A DNA stretch of 64,000 nucleotides from the NCBI GenBank assembly GCA_964429235.1, contig CAYSAQ010000001.1:266045-330044 (forward strand), read 5' to 3'. Position 1 is the stretch's first letter, and each line of letters starts with the position of its first letter. Shown in pieces: positions 37,646-48,152 of the stretch. The translations under genes and the position numbers were made by a program. The stretch is from an uncultured Candidatus Marinamargulisbacteria bacterium (lineage in GTDB: Bacteria; Margulisbacteria; Riflemargulisbacteria; GWF2-35-9; DYQY01). The notes under the pieces are model-generated. The model worked only from the letters and a program-made list of their open reading frames with translations. It made no database searches and had not been told where the DNA came from.

Positions 37646-38423
37646 CTTCTGTTCCTTTCGTATCTCTTATATATTCTACATGTGTTAAGAACAATCCTTG
37701 TGCAGGAGCCATCTGCCAAAGATATCTTTTATTAGCTGTAACAATATCACTAAACTCTTGTTTAGTTAAATTATCTTCTAATGCAGCTAACAATAATCCT
37801 ACTATTCTCCGAACCATGTTATGTAAAAACCCATTAGCTCTAACTCTAAACAAATAACTATCGCCTTTAATACCTAATAAAGAATATTCAGACAGGTGTA
37901 CCGCAGCCATCATAATCTCTCTTATAGTATTTTCATATTTATCTGAAGATTTGCAAAATAATGCAAAATCTTTTTCTCCAATTAAACACTCACAATAATC
38001 ATTTACTCTTTCAATATCCATGTTGCGAACATGCAACATATGTTTATTTAAAAAAACTTTCTTTTCACCAGTATAAAACCAGTATTCATATTCTCTCCAA
38101 GAAGCATGTCTTCTCGGATCAAACGATTTGGCAACATCTTCAACTGAATTAATAACAATACTATTGCTATTTATACAGCTGTTAAGAACATCTTTTAGTT
38201 TAATTAAGGGAATCTTCCCCTGATCAACAAAAGATATTATCTGACCTTCAGCATGAACACCTCTATCAGTTCTTCCAGCGTAAGAAACCTTCACATCTTT
38301 CTGATAAAATTCAGAAAAAGATTTCTCAAGCATAGATTGAACTGTGGGTTCAAACTGAGTTTGCCGTTGCATACCATAAAAAACTTCACCATCATAACTG
38401 ATATGAAGTTTTAAGGTACGCAC
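37635..38423 (-). CDS. truA: tRNA pseudouridine(38-40) synthase TruA
   Basis: 262 aa with ISYDGEVFYGMQRQ and AGRTDRGVHAEGQ (catalytic Asp). Confidence 0.9.
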   Translation of the reverse strand: MRTLKLHISYDGEVFYGMQRQTQFEPTVQSMLEKSFSEFYQKDVKVSYAGRTDRGVHAEGQIISFVDQGKIPLIKLKDVLNSCINSNSIVINSVEDVAKSFDPRRHASWREYEYWFYTGEKKVFLNKHMLHVRNMDIERVNDYCECLIGEKDFALFCKSSDKYENTIREIMMAAVHLSEYSLLGIKGDSYLFRVRANGFLHNMVRRIVGLLLAALEDNLTKQEFSDIVTANKRYLWQMAPAQGLFLTHVEYIRDTKGTEDEK

Positions 38424-38425
38424 TT

Positions 38426-38776
38426 TTAAATTAATTCAAGTATCGATATACTCGCAGCATCGCCACGGCGTATCCCAAATTTAACTATACGAGTGTATCC
38501 ACCCGGTCTTTCTTTATATGTTTCAACAACATCATTAAATACTATGTCTACGATTTTCTTGTCCTGAAGCATTTTGAATACTTCTCTTCGTGCATGGACA
38601 TCGTTTCCTTTAGCTTTAGTAATTATTCTTTCAACATATTTACTTACTTCTTTAGCTCTAGCATCTGTCATTTTAACTTGCTTATGCTCAAATAATGCTT
38701 TTGCACCATTTTTAATTAAAGCTATTCTTTGGTCTGTAGGTAATCCTAATTTATTATTTCCCTTTTTATGTCTCAT
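38426..38776 (-). CDS. rplQ: 50S ribosomal protein L17
   Basis: 116 aa with MRHKKGNNKLGLPTDQR. Confidence 0.95.
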   Translation of the reverse strand: MRHKKGNNKLGLPTDQRIALIKNGAKALFEHKQVKMTDARAKEVSKYVERIITKAKGNDVHARREVFKMLQDKKIVDIVFNDVVETYKERPGGYTRIVKFGIRRGDAASISILELI

Positions 38777-38781
38777 TTGTC

Positions 38782-39714
38782 CTAGTCCTCTTTCAATCTC
38801 AGTCCGTATTGTGCTAATTTTTCGTTAATCTCATCAGCAGATTTCTTTCCAAAATTCTTAATTTTCATAAGATCTTTCATTGGTTTAGTAATTAATTCTG
38901 CTACAGTCTGAATGCCTGCTTTACGTAGGCAATTAGACGATCTAGCTGATAATTCTAAATCTTCAATAGAAAGTTCTAAATTTGCATTATCTTCTGGCTC
39001 AGCAATAGTTTCTTCTACTACTGGAGCAGGAATGATATGTTTATAATCTGTAAAAAGACTAAAACTATCAATCAATACTTTAGAAGATTCTTCAACAGCA
39101 TCTTCAGCAGTAATAGTTCCATCTGTCCAAACCTCAATTGTAAGTTTGTCTAAATCTGTTCTATTACCAACTCTAGTATCTTCAATAGTATGATTAACTT
39201 TCGTTACTGGTGAAAAATTACAATCAACTGGCATAGTTCCAACTGGCATATCTTCAAAACGACTTAATTCAGATAATCTATAGCCGATTCCTTGTTCAAT
39301 TCTCAAATCAATTTTTAATGAAGCATCTCCAGTAATTGTAGCTATATGGAGATCTTTATTAATAATTTCAATCTCTGCATCATGTTTAATATCTGACGCA
39401 TGAATCTCACCTTTTTTTGAAACATCAATAGTTACATTTTTAGGTGTTTCAGAAAAGCTTTTCACAGCAATCTGTTTAAGATTCAAAATAATATCAAGAA
39501 TATCTTCTTTAATTCCTTCTACAGAACAGAACTCATGATCTACACCTTCAATTTTAATTGCAGTAACTGCAGCTCCAGGTAAAGAAGATAGAAGTACCCT
39601 TCGCATAGAATTCCCAAGTGTAGTCCCATAACCTTTTTCTAATGGATTAATAACCATCTTTGCATAATTTAGGTCTTCACTCTTTGTAACATCTACTTTT
39701 GTATTTAATTTCAC
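38782..39714 (-). CDS. rpoA: DNA-directed RNA polymerase subunit alpha
   Basis: 310 aa with GYGTTLGNSMRRVLLSSLPGAA and a C-terminal domain containing LELSARSSNCLRKAGI. Confidence 0.95.
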   Translation of the reverse strand: MKLNTKVDVTKSEDLNYAKMVINPLEKGYGTTLGNSMRRVLLSSLPGAAVTAIKIEGVDHEFCSVEGIKEDILDIILNLKQIAVKSFSETPKNVTIDVSKKGEIHASDIKHDAEIEIINKDLHIATITGDASLKIDLRIEQGIGYRLSELSRFEDMPVGTMPVDCNFSPVTKVNHTIEDTRVGNRTDLDKLTIEVWTDGTITAEDAVEESSKVLIDSFSLFTDYKHIIPAPVVEETIAEPEDNANLELSIEDLELSARSSNCLRKAGIQTVAELITKPMKDLMKIKNFGKKSADEINEKLAQYGLRLKED

Positions 39715-39738
39715 GGCAAACAGGCCTCCTTATTATTT

Positions 39739-40362
39739 TTATCTAGAATAATACTCAATAATTAACTGCATATTAACAGGAACATCAACTTCGTCCATGT
39801 TAGGTACTCTAGTAAAAGAATACTTATTTGCAGCTGCATCACCAGTAATCCAACTTGGTGCTGGTCTTTTTTTCATTGCTTCTAGCAATGTTGTAAAAGA
39901 CTCTTTTGACTTATCTCTGATAGAGATAATATCACCCTCACTTACAAGATAAGAAGGTATATCTACTTTCTTACCATTTACAAGAAAATGACCATGCTTA
40001 ACCAATTGTCTAGCACTCTTTCTTGTATAACCTAATCCAGCTCTGAAAATTACGTTATCTAATCTTCTTTCAACGAACTTGATTAACTCTTCAGCTGTAT
40101 TACCGTGTGTACGGTTTGCTTTCTCATAATATCTGCGAAATTGACTTTCGCTTATACAATAAAATCTTTTTGCCTTTTGTTTTTCTCTCAAACGAATTCC
40201 AAACTCAGACATTTTTCCTCTGAAAGTTGGTCCATGATCTCCCGGTGGATATGCCCTTCTATTTAGAGGACATTTTGGACTTTCACATTTATCACTTTTC
40301 AAATAAAGCTTTGTGGCTTCTCTTCTACATAATTTACAAGACGGTCCTTTATACAAACCCAT
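39739..40362 (-). CDS. rpsD: 30S ribosomal protein S4
   Basis: 207 aa with MGLYKGPSCKLCRREATKLYLK and an S4 RNA-binding domain. Confidence 0.95.
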   Translation of the reverse strand: MGLYKGPSCKLCRREATKLYLKSDKCESPKCPLNRRAYPPGDHGPTFRGKMSEFGIRLREKQKAKRFYCISESQFRRYYEKANRTHGNTAEELIKFVERRLDNVIFRAGLGYTRKSARQLVKHGHFLVNGKKVDIPSYLVSEGDIISIRDKSKESFTTLLEAMKKRPAPSWITGDAAANKYSFTRVPNMDEVDVPVNMQLIIEYYSR

Positions 40363-40384
40363 TAAACGATCTCCCTTCTATAAC

Positions 40385-40783
40385 CTATACTCTTCTTCTC
40401 TTACGAGGTCTACATCCATTGTGTGGTATTGGAGTAACATCTTTAATAGAAACAACTTCAATTCCTGCTGCCTGTATTGCTCTGATAGCTGTCTCTCTAC
40501 CCGGTCCAGGTCCTTTTACCAAAATATCAACTTGCTGCATGCCATTCTCTTTGGCAGTTACTGCAGCTCTCTCTCCTGCTGACTGAGCAGCAAAAGGAGT
40601 TCCTTTTTTTGAACCCTTGAATCCAACTGCACCAGAACTACCCCAAGAAATGAGGTTTCCCTCTAAATCAGTAATTGAAATAATTGTATTATTAAAATTA
40701 GATTTAATATGAGCTATACCATGAGGTATATTCTTTTTTACTTTTTTCTTTTTTACGCTAGTTTTTTTCTTCGCTGCTACCAT
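40385..40783 (-). CDS. rpsK: 30S ribosomal protein S11
   Basis: 132 aa with [18 protein letters not shown] and [13 protein letters not shown]. Confidence 0.95.
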   Translation of the reverse strand: MVAAKKKTSVKKKKVKKNIPHGIAHIKSNFNNTIISITDLEGNLISWGSSGAVGFKGSKKGTPFAAQSAGERAAVTAKENGMQQVDILVKGPGPGRETAIRAIQAAGIEVVSIKDVTPIPHNGCRPRKRRRV

Positions 40784-40796
40784 TTATCGACTCCTC

Positions 40797-41171
40797 TTAC
40801 TTAACTGCCTTCTTCTTATTAGCTACAGCGGTTTTTTTACCTCTTCTAGTTCTAGCGTTTGTCTTTGTTCTTTGACCACGCAATGGTAAACGTTTTTTAT
40901 GTCTACTGCCTCTATAACTTCCAATTTCCATCAATCTTTTTATATTTAAAGAGATTTCTTTTCTAAGATCTCCTTCAACAATATAGTTAACAAGCTCTTC
41001 TCTTATACGAACGATATCGCTTTCGCTAAGATCCTTTGCTCTAATATCTTCTGAAATATTTAATTTCTCTAAAATCTTCTTACTTGTTGTTAAGCCTATA
41101 CCATATACGTAGGTAAGTGCAATTACTGCTCTTTTATTATTAGGTATATCTGTTCCCGCTATTCTCGGCAT
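40797..41171 (-). CDS. rpsM: 30S ribosomal protein S13
   Basis: 124 aa with [14 protein letters not shown] and [28 protein letters not shown]. Confidence 0.95.
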   Translation of the reverse strand: MPRIAGTDIPNNKRAVIALTYVYGIGLTTSKKILEKLNISEDIRAKDLSESDIVRIREELVNYIVEGDLRKEISLNIKRLMEIGSYRGSRHKKRLPLRGQRTKTNARTRRGKKTAVANKKKAVK

Positions 41172-41180
41172 ATCTACTCC

Positions 41181-41294
41181 CTATCCTTGTCTTTGTTTAT
41201 GTTTACGGTTTTCGCATATAACCATTACTCTGCCAAATCTTTTAATGACCTTACATTTAGGACATATTTTCTTTACTGATGTTCTTACTTTCAT
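41181..41294 (-). CDS. rpmJ: 50S ribosomal protein L36 (not in the supplied ORF track)
   Basis: Hand translation of the minus strand gives [37 protein letters not shown] followed by a stop. It sits in the expected slot between infA and rpsM. Confidence 0.9.
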   Translation of the reverse strand: MKVRTSVKKICPKCKVIKRFGRVMVICENRKHKQRQG

Positions 41295-41315
41295 TCTATC
41301 TCTTCCTTCGACTTT

Positions 41316-41531
41316 CTACTTTAATCTATAGGATATTCTACCCTTAGTTAAATCATACGGTGACAATTCGACCCTAACCCTATCACCAAGAAGTATTCTT
41401 ATAAAATTCTTTCTGATTTTTCCAGAAACATGTGCAAGTACTTCTTGACCAGTATCTAACTCAACTTTAAACATTGCATTCGGCAACGCCTCTAACACTT
41501 TTCCTTCTACTTCTATTACATTTTTAGCCAT
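41316..41531 (-). CDS. infA: translation initiation factor IF-1
   Basis: 71 aa with [41 protein letters not shown]. Confidence 0.95.
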   Translation of the reverse strand: MAKNVIEVEGKVLEALPNAMFKVELDTGQEVLAHVSGKIRKNFIRILLGDRVRVELSPYDLTKGRISYRLK

Positions 41532-41602
41532 AAAATAACCTTTAAAATTGCTCAGAAAAACCGGTTAAATATATTAACAGATTATCAATAGTATTACAAA
41601 CA

Positions 41603-42247
41603 CTATTTTTTGCTGAACACTACCCTTTCTATCTCTTCTCTTACTTCATCAATTGCCTTCTCAGAATCAATCTCTACAACTAAGCCTTTTTCTTTATAGA
41701 AATCAAGCAATGGTTGAGTTTCTTTCAAATAAACTGAATACCTTTTTTTAACTGTTTCAGGCTTATCATCTTCTCTTATGTAAAGCTTCTCACCAGTAAC
41801 ATCACATACACCTTCAACCTTTGGTTTTTTGTACTTAATATGATAAGTTTCACCAGATATTTTAGCTGAAAGTCTACCACTAATTCTTTCAATAACTTCA
41901 ACTAATGATACGTTCAAATAAATAACTGCATCAAACTTGAAATTATTATCATCAAGAAATTCAGCTTGAGTTAACTTTCTAGGGTATCCGTCACATATAA
42001 TCTTTACGTCGCCCATTTCTTGAAATGATGTTAAAAACATTTCATTAATCAATTCATCTGCTACTAACTCTCCAGCCTTGATAACTGATTCAACTTTACG
42101 CCCTAGCTCAGTATCTTCACTAGCCGTTTTTCTTAAAATATCTCCACTAGAAATATGCTTATAGCCATATGTCTCAGCAATAAACTTTGCTTGAGTACCT
42201 TTGCCTGATCCAGGTGCTCCTAAAATTAATAGTTTCTTCATACTCAT
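41603..42247 (-). CDS. adk: adenylate kinase
   Basis: 214 aa with the P-loop GAPGSGKGTQ. The lid region lacks the Cys4 zinc motif. The start is possibly the Met at 42241. Confidence 0.93.
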   Translation of the reverse strand: MSMKKLLILGAPGSGKGTQAKFIAETYGYKHISSGDILRKTASEDTELGRKVESVIKAGELVADELINEMFLTSFQEMGDVKIICDGYPRKLTQAEFLDDNNFKFDAVIYLNVSLVEVIERISGRLSAKISGETYHIKYKKPKVEGVCDVTGEKLYIREDDKPETVKKRYSVYLKETQPLLDFYKEKGLVVEIDSEKAIDEVREEIERVVFSKK

Positions 42248-42256
42248 TAATATCTC

Positions 42257-43519
42257 CTATCGAACTAATTTCTCGTATTTATTTGATATAAGAATTGTCT
42301 CTATCTGTCTTACTATATCAATTGCAACCCCAACAATAATCAACAATGCCGTACCACCTAATCCCATAAAACTTGTAACATGCGTTACTTTGGCCGTTAA
42401 CATGGGCACTATAGATATCAAAGACAGAAACGTTGCTCCTACGAATGTAAGCCTTGTTATAACAGCATCTAAATACTCAGCTGTTGGCTTCCCTGGTCTA
42501 ACTCCTAAAATAAAACCGCCATACTTTTTTATATTGTCTGCAAGTTCTTCCGGGTTAAATGTAATCGCTGTATAGAAATATGTAAAGAAAAATATTAATG
42601 CTGCAAAGATTATTATATATAATGGTGCGCCATAACCAAGCCATGTATTTAAAACACCAAGCTTTGGAAAGAACTGTATTAACATTATTGGTAAAGAAAG
42701 AACTGATGATGCAAAGATTATAGGAATAACGCCACCTTGATTAATCTTCATTGGCAAATATGTATTCTGCCCTCCATACATTTTTCTTCCTACAACTCTT
42801 TTGGCATATTGAACTGGTATATTTCTTTGCGCCTCTTGCACAACTACTATACCTATAGTTACTAGTAGAAACATTCCTATCATTATGATTACATTCCAGA
42901 TTGGTATTCCACCCTTAATTAGGGTGACCGTATTCATTACATAGGCAGGCATAGCTCCAACTATCCCAACAAAAATAATGATACTTGCGCCATTTCCAAC
43001 GCCACTTTCAGTAATTAATTCACCCATCCACATAACTAATGCTGTGCCAGCCATTAATGAAATTACTGCCACAAAAAAGAACATTGGGAAATTTACTCCT
43101 GGTAATAACAAGGACCTAAGTCCAACTGAAATACCTACAGACTGCATAAATGCAATAAACAGGGTCAAATACCTAGTATACTGTTGTATCTTCTTCCTGC
43201 CACTTTCACCTTCTTCTTGAAGTTCCTTAAGCGTAGGGTACATAACAGTTAATAACTGCATAATAATAGATGCGTTAATATATGGAATAATTCCAAGCGC
43301 AAATACTGAAAATCTTTTCAAGCCACCACCTGAAAAAAGGTCAAGAAATCCAAAAAATCCACCTTGTCCGAACATCTCTGCTAGCTTGCCCATATCTAAT
43401 CCAGATATAGGAACATTAATTCCTAATCTGAAAAAAAATATAATTAAAAAAGTAAAGATAAGCTTTTTTTGAAGATCTTTAATCTGGAAAAACCCAGAAT
43501 AGTTATTAGCCATTAACAA
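42257..43519 (-). CDS. secY: preprotein translocase subunit SecY
   Basis: 420 aa with 10 TM segments, LGIIPYINASIIMQLL and GGQNTYLPMKINQGGVIP. Confidence 0.95.
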   Translation of the reverse strand: MLMANNYSGFFQIKDLQKKLIFTFLIIFFFRLGINVPISGLDMGKLAEMFGQGGFFGFLDLFSGGGLKRFSVFALGIIPYINASIIMQLLTVMYPTLKELQEEGESGRKKIQQYTRYLTLFIAFMQSVGISVGLRSLLLPGVNFPMFFFVAVISLMAGTALVMWMGELITESGVGNGASIIIFVGIVGAMPAYVMNTVTLIKGGIPIWNVIIMIGMFLLVTIGIVVVQEAQRNIPVQYAKRVVGRKMYGGQNTYLPMKINQGGVIPIIFASSVLSLPIMLIQFFPKLGVLNTWLGYGAPLYIIIFAALIFFFTYFYTAITFNPEELADNIKKYGGFILGVRPGKPTAEYLDAVITRLTFVGATFLSLISIVPMLTAKVTHVTSFMGLGGTALLIIVGVAIDIVRQIETILISNKYEKLVR

Positions 43520-43958
43520 CCTCGGCTTTACCGCCTGCTTTTTCGATTGCTTCTATAGCTGTTTTTGAAAACTTATCAGCTTCAACAGTTACTACTTTTG
43601 TTAATTCACCATCACCAAGTACTTTGAATGCAGTTACACTCTTAGAAAAAAACTTTTTTTCCTTTAGTACTTCTAGATTCACTTTTTTAAGCTTTAAGCT
43701 TTCCAAAGTATCTAGGTTGATAATTTCATAATCTTTAGTTGATTGTAATGCTTTAAATCCTCTAAGCTTTGGCATCTTTTTGTATAAAGGCATTTGTCCG
43801 CCTTCAAAACCAGGTCTAGTTCCGCCACCACTTCTTGCCTGCTGACCTTTATGGCCTTTTCCTGCAGTACATCCGTATCCAGAACTTTCTCCTCTGCCTA
43901 CTCTTTTTCTATTTTTACTTGTTCCTGCGTATGTTTTTAATTCAGATAGAATTCCCAT
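43506..43958 (-). CDS. rplO: 50S ribosomal protein L15
   Basis: 150 aa with RVGRGESSGYGCTAGKGHKGQQARSGG. Confidence 0.95.
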   Translation of the reverse strand: MGILSELKTYAGTSKNRKRVGRGESSGYGCTAGKGHKGQQARSGGGTRPGFEGGQMPLYKKMPKLRGFKALQSTKDYEIINLDTLESLKLKKVNLEVLKEKKFFSKSVTAFKVLGDGELTKVVTVEADKFSKTAIEAIEKAGGKAEVVNG

Positions 43959-43973
43959 CTTTTTCTCCCTTAT

Positions 43974-44471
43974 CTATTTTGCTGATCTTACGTTAAGATC
44001 AACTCCACGTTCTGCTTTTGCTTCTTCAAGACTCTTTAATCTCTTCAATCCATCTAATGCTGCGAAAGCATTATTAATTACAGAAGAAGATCCTAATGAT
44101 TTAGATACAATATTATGTATTCCTGCTAATTCGAAAACTAATCTCATAACTCCACCTGATATTACACCAGTTCCTTTAGGTGCTGGTCTCATAAAAACCT
44201 TACTAGCTCCTAATGAACCTGTTGAGTCATGAGGGATTGTCCCATCAACAATATTTACAGAAACCATGTCCTTTTTTGCAATATTTATAGCTTTTCTAAT
44301 AGCACTTGGAACTTCAGCTGCTTTAGCTACTCCAACACCTACTTTGCCATTCATATCTCCAACAACAACTGTAGCTCTAAAAGAAAGGTTCTTACCGCCT
44401 TTTACAACTTTAGTTACTCTTCTAATTTGAACTATCTTTTCTACAAATTCACTAACTTCTCTATCTGCCAT
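43974..44471 (-). CDS. rpsE: 30S ribosomal protein S5
   Basis: 165 aa with [26 protein letters not shown]. It lies directly next to rplO with no L30 gene between them. Confidence 0.95.
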   Translation of the reverse strand: MADREVSEFVEKIVQIRRVTKVVKGGKNLSFRATVVVGDMNGKVGVGVAKAAEVPSAIRKAINIAKKDMVSVNIVDGTIPHDSTGSLGASKVFMRPAPKGTGVISGGVMRLVFELAGIHNIVSKSLGSSSVINNAFAALDGLKRLKSLEEAKAERGVDLNVRSAK

Positions 44472-44491
44472 GATTCCTCCTATTTATATGA

Positions 44492-44800
44492 CTAGAACTC
44501 TAAGCCTTTGCTTCTAGCTCCGTCAGCAACTGCTTTGATCCTACCGTGGTATACTTTACCAGCTCTATCAAATACTACTTTTTTAATACCTTGTCCTGTA
44601 GCTTTCTCAGCGATCATTTCTCCAACTTTAAAAGAAACTTCTTTGTTTGCTCTTTGTTTTAAAACTGAACTTGAAACTCCTAATATTGTTTTACCAGAAA
44701 TATCATCGATAATCTGTGCATAAACATTATTAAGGCTTCTTGTAACTGTTAACCTTGGTCTTTCAGCTGTGCCTACTACTTTTTTTGAAAATCTTCTCAT
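44492..44800 (-). CDS. rplR: 50S ribosomal protein L18
   Basis: 102 aa with ERPRLTVTRSLNNVYAQIIDD and YHGRIKAVADGARSKGLEF. Confidence 0.93.
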   Translation of the reverse strand: MRRFSKKVVGTAERPRLTVTRSLNNVYAQIIDDISGKTILGVSSSVLKQRANKEVSFKVGEMIAEKATGQGIKKVVFDRAGKVYHGRIKAVADGARSKGLEF

Positions 44801-44818
44801 TGTTATCCTGCTCCTTTA

Positions 44819-45358
44819 CTACTTAGCTGCTTTTCCAGCTTTTCTAACAATGTGCTCGCCAGCATACTTAACACCCTTACCTTTATAAGGCTCAGGAGGT
44901 CTAAGTTTTCTGATATTTGCAGCAACTTGTCCAACTAACTGTTTATCAATTCCTTTTACTGTGATCTTTGTATCACCTTGTAATTCAAAAGTAATTCCTT
45001 CAATAGCCTCTATAATAATAGGATGTGAAAATCCAAGTGCTAATGTAATACCATTACCTTTTTTCATTGCTCTATAACCAACACCTACTAACTCTAAATT
45101 CTTCTCATAACCTTCAGTTACACCAGAAACCATGTTTCTGATCAATGTATTATATAGTCCATGTCTAGCTTTAGCTTCTTTATCTTCACCATTTCGGTGA
45201 ACTAATATCACATTATCTTTTTTCTCAATAGTGACTTTTGTTGTTGGTATATTTAATTCTAGTTCGCCTTTTGGCCCTTTTACTTTAACTAAAGTATCAA
45301 CTAGTTCAACTTGTACCTTATCAGAAATTGCTATTGGTTTTTTACCTATCTTTGACAT
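44819..45358 (-). CDS. rplF: 50S ribosomal protein L6
   Basis: The start is set at MSKIGKKPIAI (ATG at 45358). The ORF-track extension to 45502 overlaps rpsH and is not L6-like. Confidence 0.93.
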   Translation of the reverse strand: MSKIGKKPIAISDKVQVELVDTLVKVKGPKGELELNIPTTKVTIEKKDNVILVHRNGEDKEAKARHGLYNTLIRNMVSGVTEGYEKNLELVGVGYRAMKKGNGITLALGFSHPIIIEAIEGITFELQGDTKITVKGIDKQLVGQVAANIRKLRPPEPYKGKGVKYAGEHIVRKAGKAAK

Positions 45359-45368
45359 TAATATCTCC

Positions 45369-45764
45369 CTACCAAACGTAACATAAGATCTCGCCGCCAA
45401 CGTTCTGCTTACGAGCATCTTTTCCAGAAATAACACCTTTGTTTGTTGAAAGGATTGAAATACCAAATCCGTTCTTAACTTTAGGGATATCTGCTTTAGC
45501 AATATAATCTCTCTTACCTGGAGTACTCTTTTTTACCATATTAGTAATTACTGAGTTTCCATTGTGATACTTAAGTCCTACTTTTATAAGTGGCTTACCA
45601 TCATTATCTAACTTTTCTATTCTTGAAACAAAACCTTCTTTTTGCATAATACTTACGATATCAAACTTAATGTTTGAAAAAGGAAATATTATTACCTCTT
45701 TCTTTGCATTAATACCGTTCTTAACTATACATATCATATCTGCTACTGGATCTGAAACGCTCAT
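45369..45764 (-). CDS. rpsH: 30S ribosomal protein S8
   Basis: 131 aa with MSVSDPVADMICIVKNG and a C-terminal GGEILCYVW. Confidence 0.95.
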   Translation of the reverse strand: MSVSDPVADMICIVKNGINAKKEVIIFPFSNIKFDIVSIMQKEGFVSRIEKLDNDGKPLIKVGLKYHNGNSVITNMVKKSTPGKRDYIAKADIPKVKNGFGISILSTNKGVISGKDARKQNVGGEILCYVW

Positions 45765-45782
45765 CTATACCTCCTGCTTTCT

Positions 45783-45968
45783 CTACCAACTAGACTTAGT
45801 TACTCCAGGTAATTCACCTGCGTAAGCTAGTTTTCTTAAACACAATCTACATAATCCAAATTTTCTAATAACAGCTCTTGGTCTACCACAAATATTGCAT
45901 CTTCTGCGGTATTGAATAGGACTGTTTATTTTCTTATCATTCTTAGCTATCATTGATTTTTTAGCCAT
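45783..45968 (-). CDS. rpsN: 30S ribosomal protein S14, short zinc-binding (type Z) form
   Basis: 61 aa with CNICGRP...[22 protein letters not shown]. Confidence 0.95.
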   Translation of the reverse strand: MAKKSMIAKNDKKINSPIQYRRRCNICGRPRAVIRKFGLCRLCLRKLAYAGELPGVTKSSW

Positions 45969-45995
45969 CTACATTTATCTCCTAATCTCTTTTTA

Positions 45996-46547
45996 TTACT
46001 TTCTAAAAGGCATGCCTAATAATGCTAACAATTCTCTAGACTGGTCAACATCCTCTGTTGAAGTAACAAATGTAATATTAAAACCTCTAACCTTATCAAC
46101 TTTATCGTAATCAACTTCAGGAAAGATAAGCTGTTCTTTTAATCCTAGAGTATAGTTCGCTTGATTATCAAATGCCCTTCTAGAAACTCCTCTGAAATCT
46201 CTTATTTTAGGCAATGTTAGGTTAAAAAACTTATTCATGAATTGATACATACGCTCACCTCTAAGTGTTACCTTACAGCCAATTGCCATACCCTCTCTTA
46301 GCTTAAATCCTGCAATTGATTTTTTTGCTTTTGTAATTACAGCCTTTTGACCGAATAATAAAGCAAACTCATCTACTGAAGCTTGTACAGCTTTTGAATT
46401 GTTAATTGCTTCGCCTAATCCTCTATTGATTATGATTTTCTCAACCTTAGGAACTTTACTAACATTTTTTATACTAAACTTTTCTTGAAGTTGCTTGATA
46501 ACTTCTTTTTTATAATTCTCTTTAAGATCTAATACCTGCTTTGACAC
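45996..46547 (-). CDS. rplE: 50S ribosomal protein L5
   Basis: 183 aa with VEKIIINRGLGEA and GMAIGCKVTLRGERMY. Confidence 0.95.
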   Translation of the reverse strand: MSKQVLDLKENYKKEVIKQLQEKFSIKNVSKVPKVEKIIINRGLGEAINNSKAVQASVDEFALLFGQKAVITKAKKSIAGFKLREGMAIGCKVTLRGERMYQFMNKFFNLTLPKIRDFRGVSRRAFDNQANYTLGLKEQLIFPEVDYDKVDKVRGFNITFVTSTEDVDQSRELLALLGMPFRK

Positions 46548-46564
46548 CGTTATCTATTCTCCTC

Positions 46565-46879
46565 TTACTTGTCTATTATTTCGCTGCACTTTTTGCATTT
46601 TCTAACGCGTTTTCCATTAACTTCTTCAACAGATATACGCGTAGGCTCTTTACAATACTTACAAATTACCATGATGTTAGACCAATCAACAGGTTTATCC
46701 ATTTCGATAATCCCACCTGGTCCAGCATGACTTGGCTTTTGATGTTTTTTTACAACATTAGCTTTTTCAACAACAACTTTTTTCTTTGCAGGCAAAACTT
46801 GTGTTATTTTAGACTTAAGACCTTTACTCTTACCTGCTATTACAACAACCTCATCACCTTTTTTAAACTTATTCACCAT
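46565..46879 (-). CDS. rplX: 50S ribosomal protein L24
   Basis: The start is set at the ATG at 46879 (MVNKFKKGDEVVVIAGKSKG), preceded by AAGGAG. The ORF-track start at 46897 is a TTG. Confidence 0.93.
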   Translation of the reverse strand: MVNKFKKGDEVVVIAGKSKGLKSKITQVLPAKKKVVVEKANVVKKHQKPSHAGPGGIIEMDKPVDWSNIMVICKYCKEPTRISVEEVNGKRVRKCKKCSEIIDK

Positions 46880-46889
46880 AATCTCCTTC

Positions 46890-47258
46890 TTATACAACTT
46901 CTGGAGCTAATGAAATAATCTTTGAAAAAGACTTGTCTCTTAACTCTCTTGCGATAGGGCCAAAAATCCTTGTACCCCTTGGCATGTTTTGAGGATTGAT
47001 TAATACTGCTGCATTATCATCAAATCTAACAACAGTTCCATCTTTTCTAGTTATAGGTGATTTTGTTCTAACAACGACCGCCTTAACTACTTCACTCTTC
47101 TTTACTGCGCCATTTGGCTGTGCCTTTTTTACTGTAGCTACAATTACATCACCTACATGGGCATATTTTCTACTTGTTCCACCAAGAACTTTGATACATA
47201 AGATCTCTTTAGCTCCTGAATTATCTGCTACGTTTAACCTGCTCTCCGACTGAATCAC
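46890..47258 (-). CDS. rplN: 50S ribosomal protein L14
   Basis: A GTG start at 47258 gives (M)[16 protein letters not shown] and 122 aa. The upstream extension in the ORF track overlaps rpsQ. Confidence 0.93.
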   Translation of the reverse strand: MIQSESRLNVADNSGAKEILCIKVLGGTSRKYAHVGDVIVATVKKAQPNGAVKKSEVVKAVVVRTKSPITRKDGTVVRFDDNAAVLINPQNMPRGTRIFGPIARELRDKSFSKIISLAPEVV

Positions 47259-47260
47259 GG

Positions 47261-47527
47261 TTATGCACCCTTTCCTTCTTTGTTTAACTTGCCAATATAT
47301 AACCATCTTTTATCTTTACTTAATGGTCTTACTTCTCTAATCGTAACAAACTCTCCAATTTTAGCTTCATTATTCTCGTCATGAGCCTTAACCTTCATAG
47401 TTTTTGTCATAATCTTTTTATACTTAGGATGTGGAACTCTTCTTTCAAGTTGAACAACAATTGTTTTATCCATCTTGTCACTAGTTACTACACCAGTACG
47501 TTCTTTTCTTCTATTTCTATCTTCCAT
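47261..47527 (-). CDS. rpsQ: 30S ribosomal protein S17
   Basis: 88 aa with [27 protein letters not shown]. Confidence 0.95.
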   Translation of the reverse strand: MEDRNRRKERTGVVTSDKMDKTIVVQLERRVPHPKYKKIMTKTMKVKAHDENNEAKIGEFVTIREVRPLSKDKRWLYIGKLNKEGKGA

Positions 47528-47730
47528 TACGCTTCTCCCTTAGAACTGGCTAGTGCAGTTAATTGAGTATGAAGTCTTGCGATATCCTTCTTTACTCTAC
47601 TAATAGCCTTAACATCTTTTAACTGATTTGAAGCATTTTCAAATCTATAGTTCATTATCTCTGATTGTTTTTCAACTATCAACTTTTCAATATCTTCTTT
47701 TTTAAGTTTTGTAACTTCTGAGTACTTCAT
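47527..47730 (-). CDS. rpmC: 50S ribosomal protein L29
   Basis: 67 aa in the position between rplP and rpsQ, with a helical L29-like sequence. Confidence 0.9.
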   Translation of the reverse strand: MKYSEVTKLKKEDIEKLIVEKQSEIMNYRFENASNQLKDVKAISRVKKDIARLHTQLTALASSKGEA

Positions 47731-47732
47731 AA

Positions 47733-48152
47733 CTAACCTTCTATCTCCATTCTTTCAACAAACTTTGTTTTTAATGGAAGTTTATGTGCTGCAAGTCTCA
47801 TAGCTTCCTTAGCTGTTGCTACGTCTACATCAGCGATTTCAAACAATACTTTTCCTTTTTGAATAACAGCTACCCAATACTCAGGTGAACCCTTACCTTT
47901 ACCCATTCTTGTTTCAGCTGGGATCTTTGTTACAGGCTTATCAGGGAAGATTCTTATCCAAATTCTTCCGCCTCTTTTTATGTATCTAGTCATAGCAATA
48001 CGAGCTGCTTCAATCTGTCTAGAAGTAATCCAAACATTCTCTAGCGCTTGTAGTCCATATGCTCCAAAATTTATTTTGGTACCGCTATTTGCGGTTCCTT
48101 TACGTCTACCGCGCATCTGCTTACGATACTTCTGCTTTTTAGGCATTAACAT
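47733..48152 (-). CDS. rplP: 50S ribosomal protein L16
   Basis: 139 aa with [19 protein letters not shown]. Confidence 0.95.
   Translation of the reverse strand: MLMPKKQKYRKQMRGRRKGTANSGTKINFGAYGLQALENVWITSRQIEAARIAMTRYIKRGGRIWIRIFPDKPVTKIPAETRMGKGKGSPEYWVAVIQKGKVLFEIADVDVATAKEAMRLAAHKLPLKTKFVERMEIEG

Noticed and set aside
45359-45502. N-terminal extension of the rplF ORF (227-aa version) overlapping rpsH.
   Set aside because: The extension has no L6 similarity. The canonical MSKIGKKPI start at 45358 leaves a normal 10-nt gap to rpsH. The same logic applies to the rplN extension (to 47306) and the rplX TTG start (46897).
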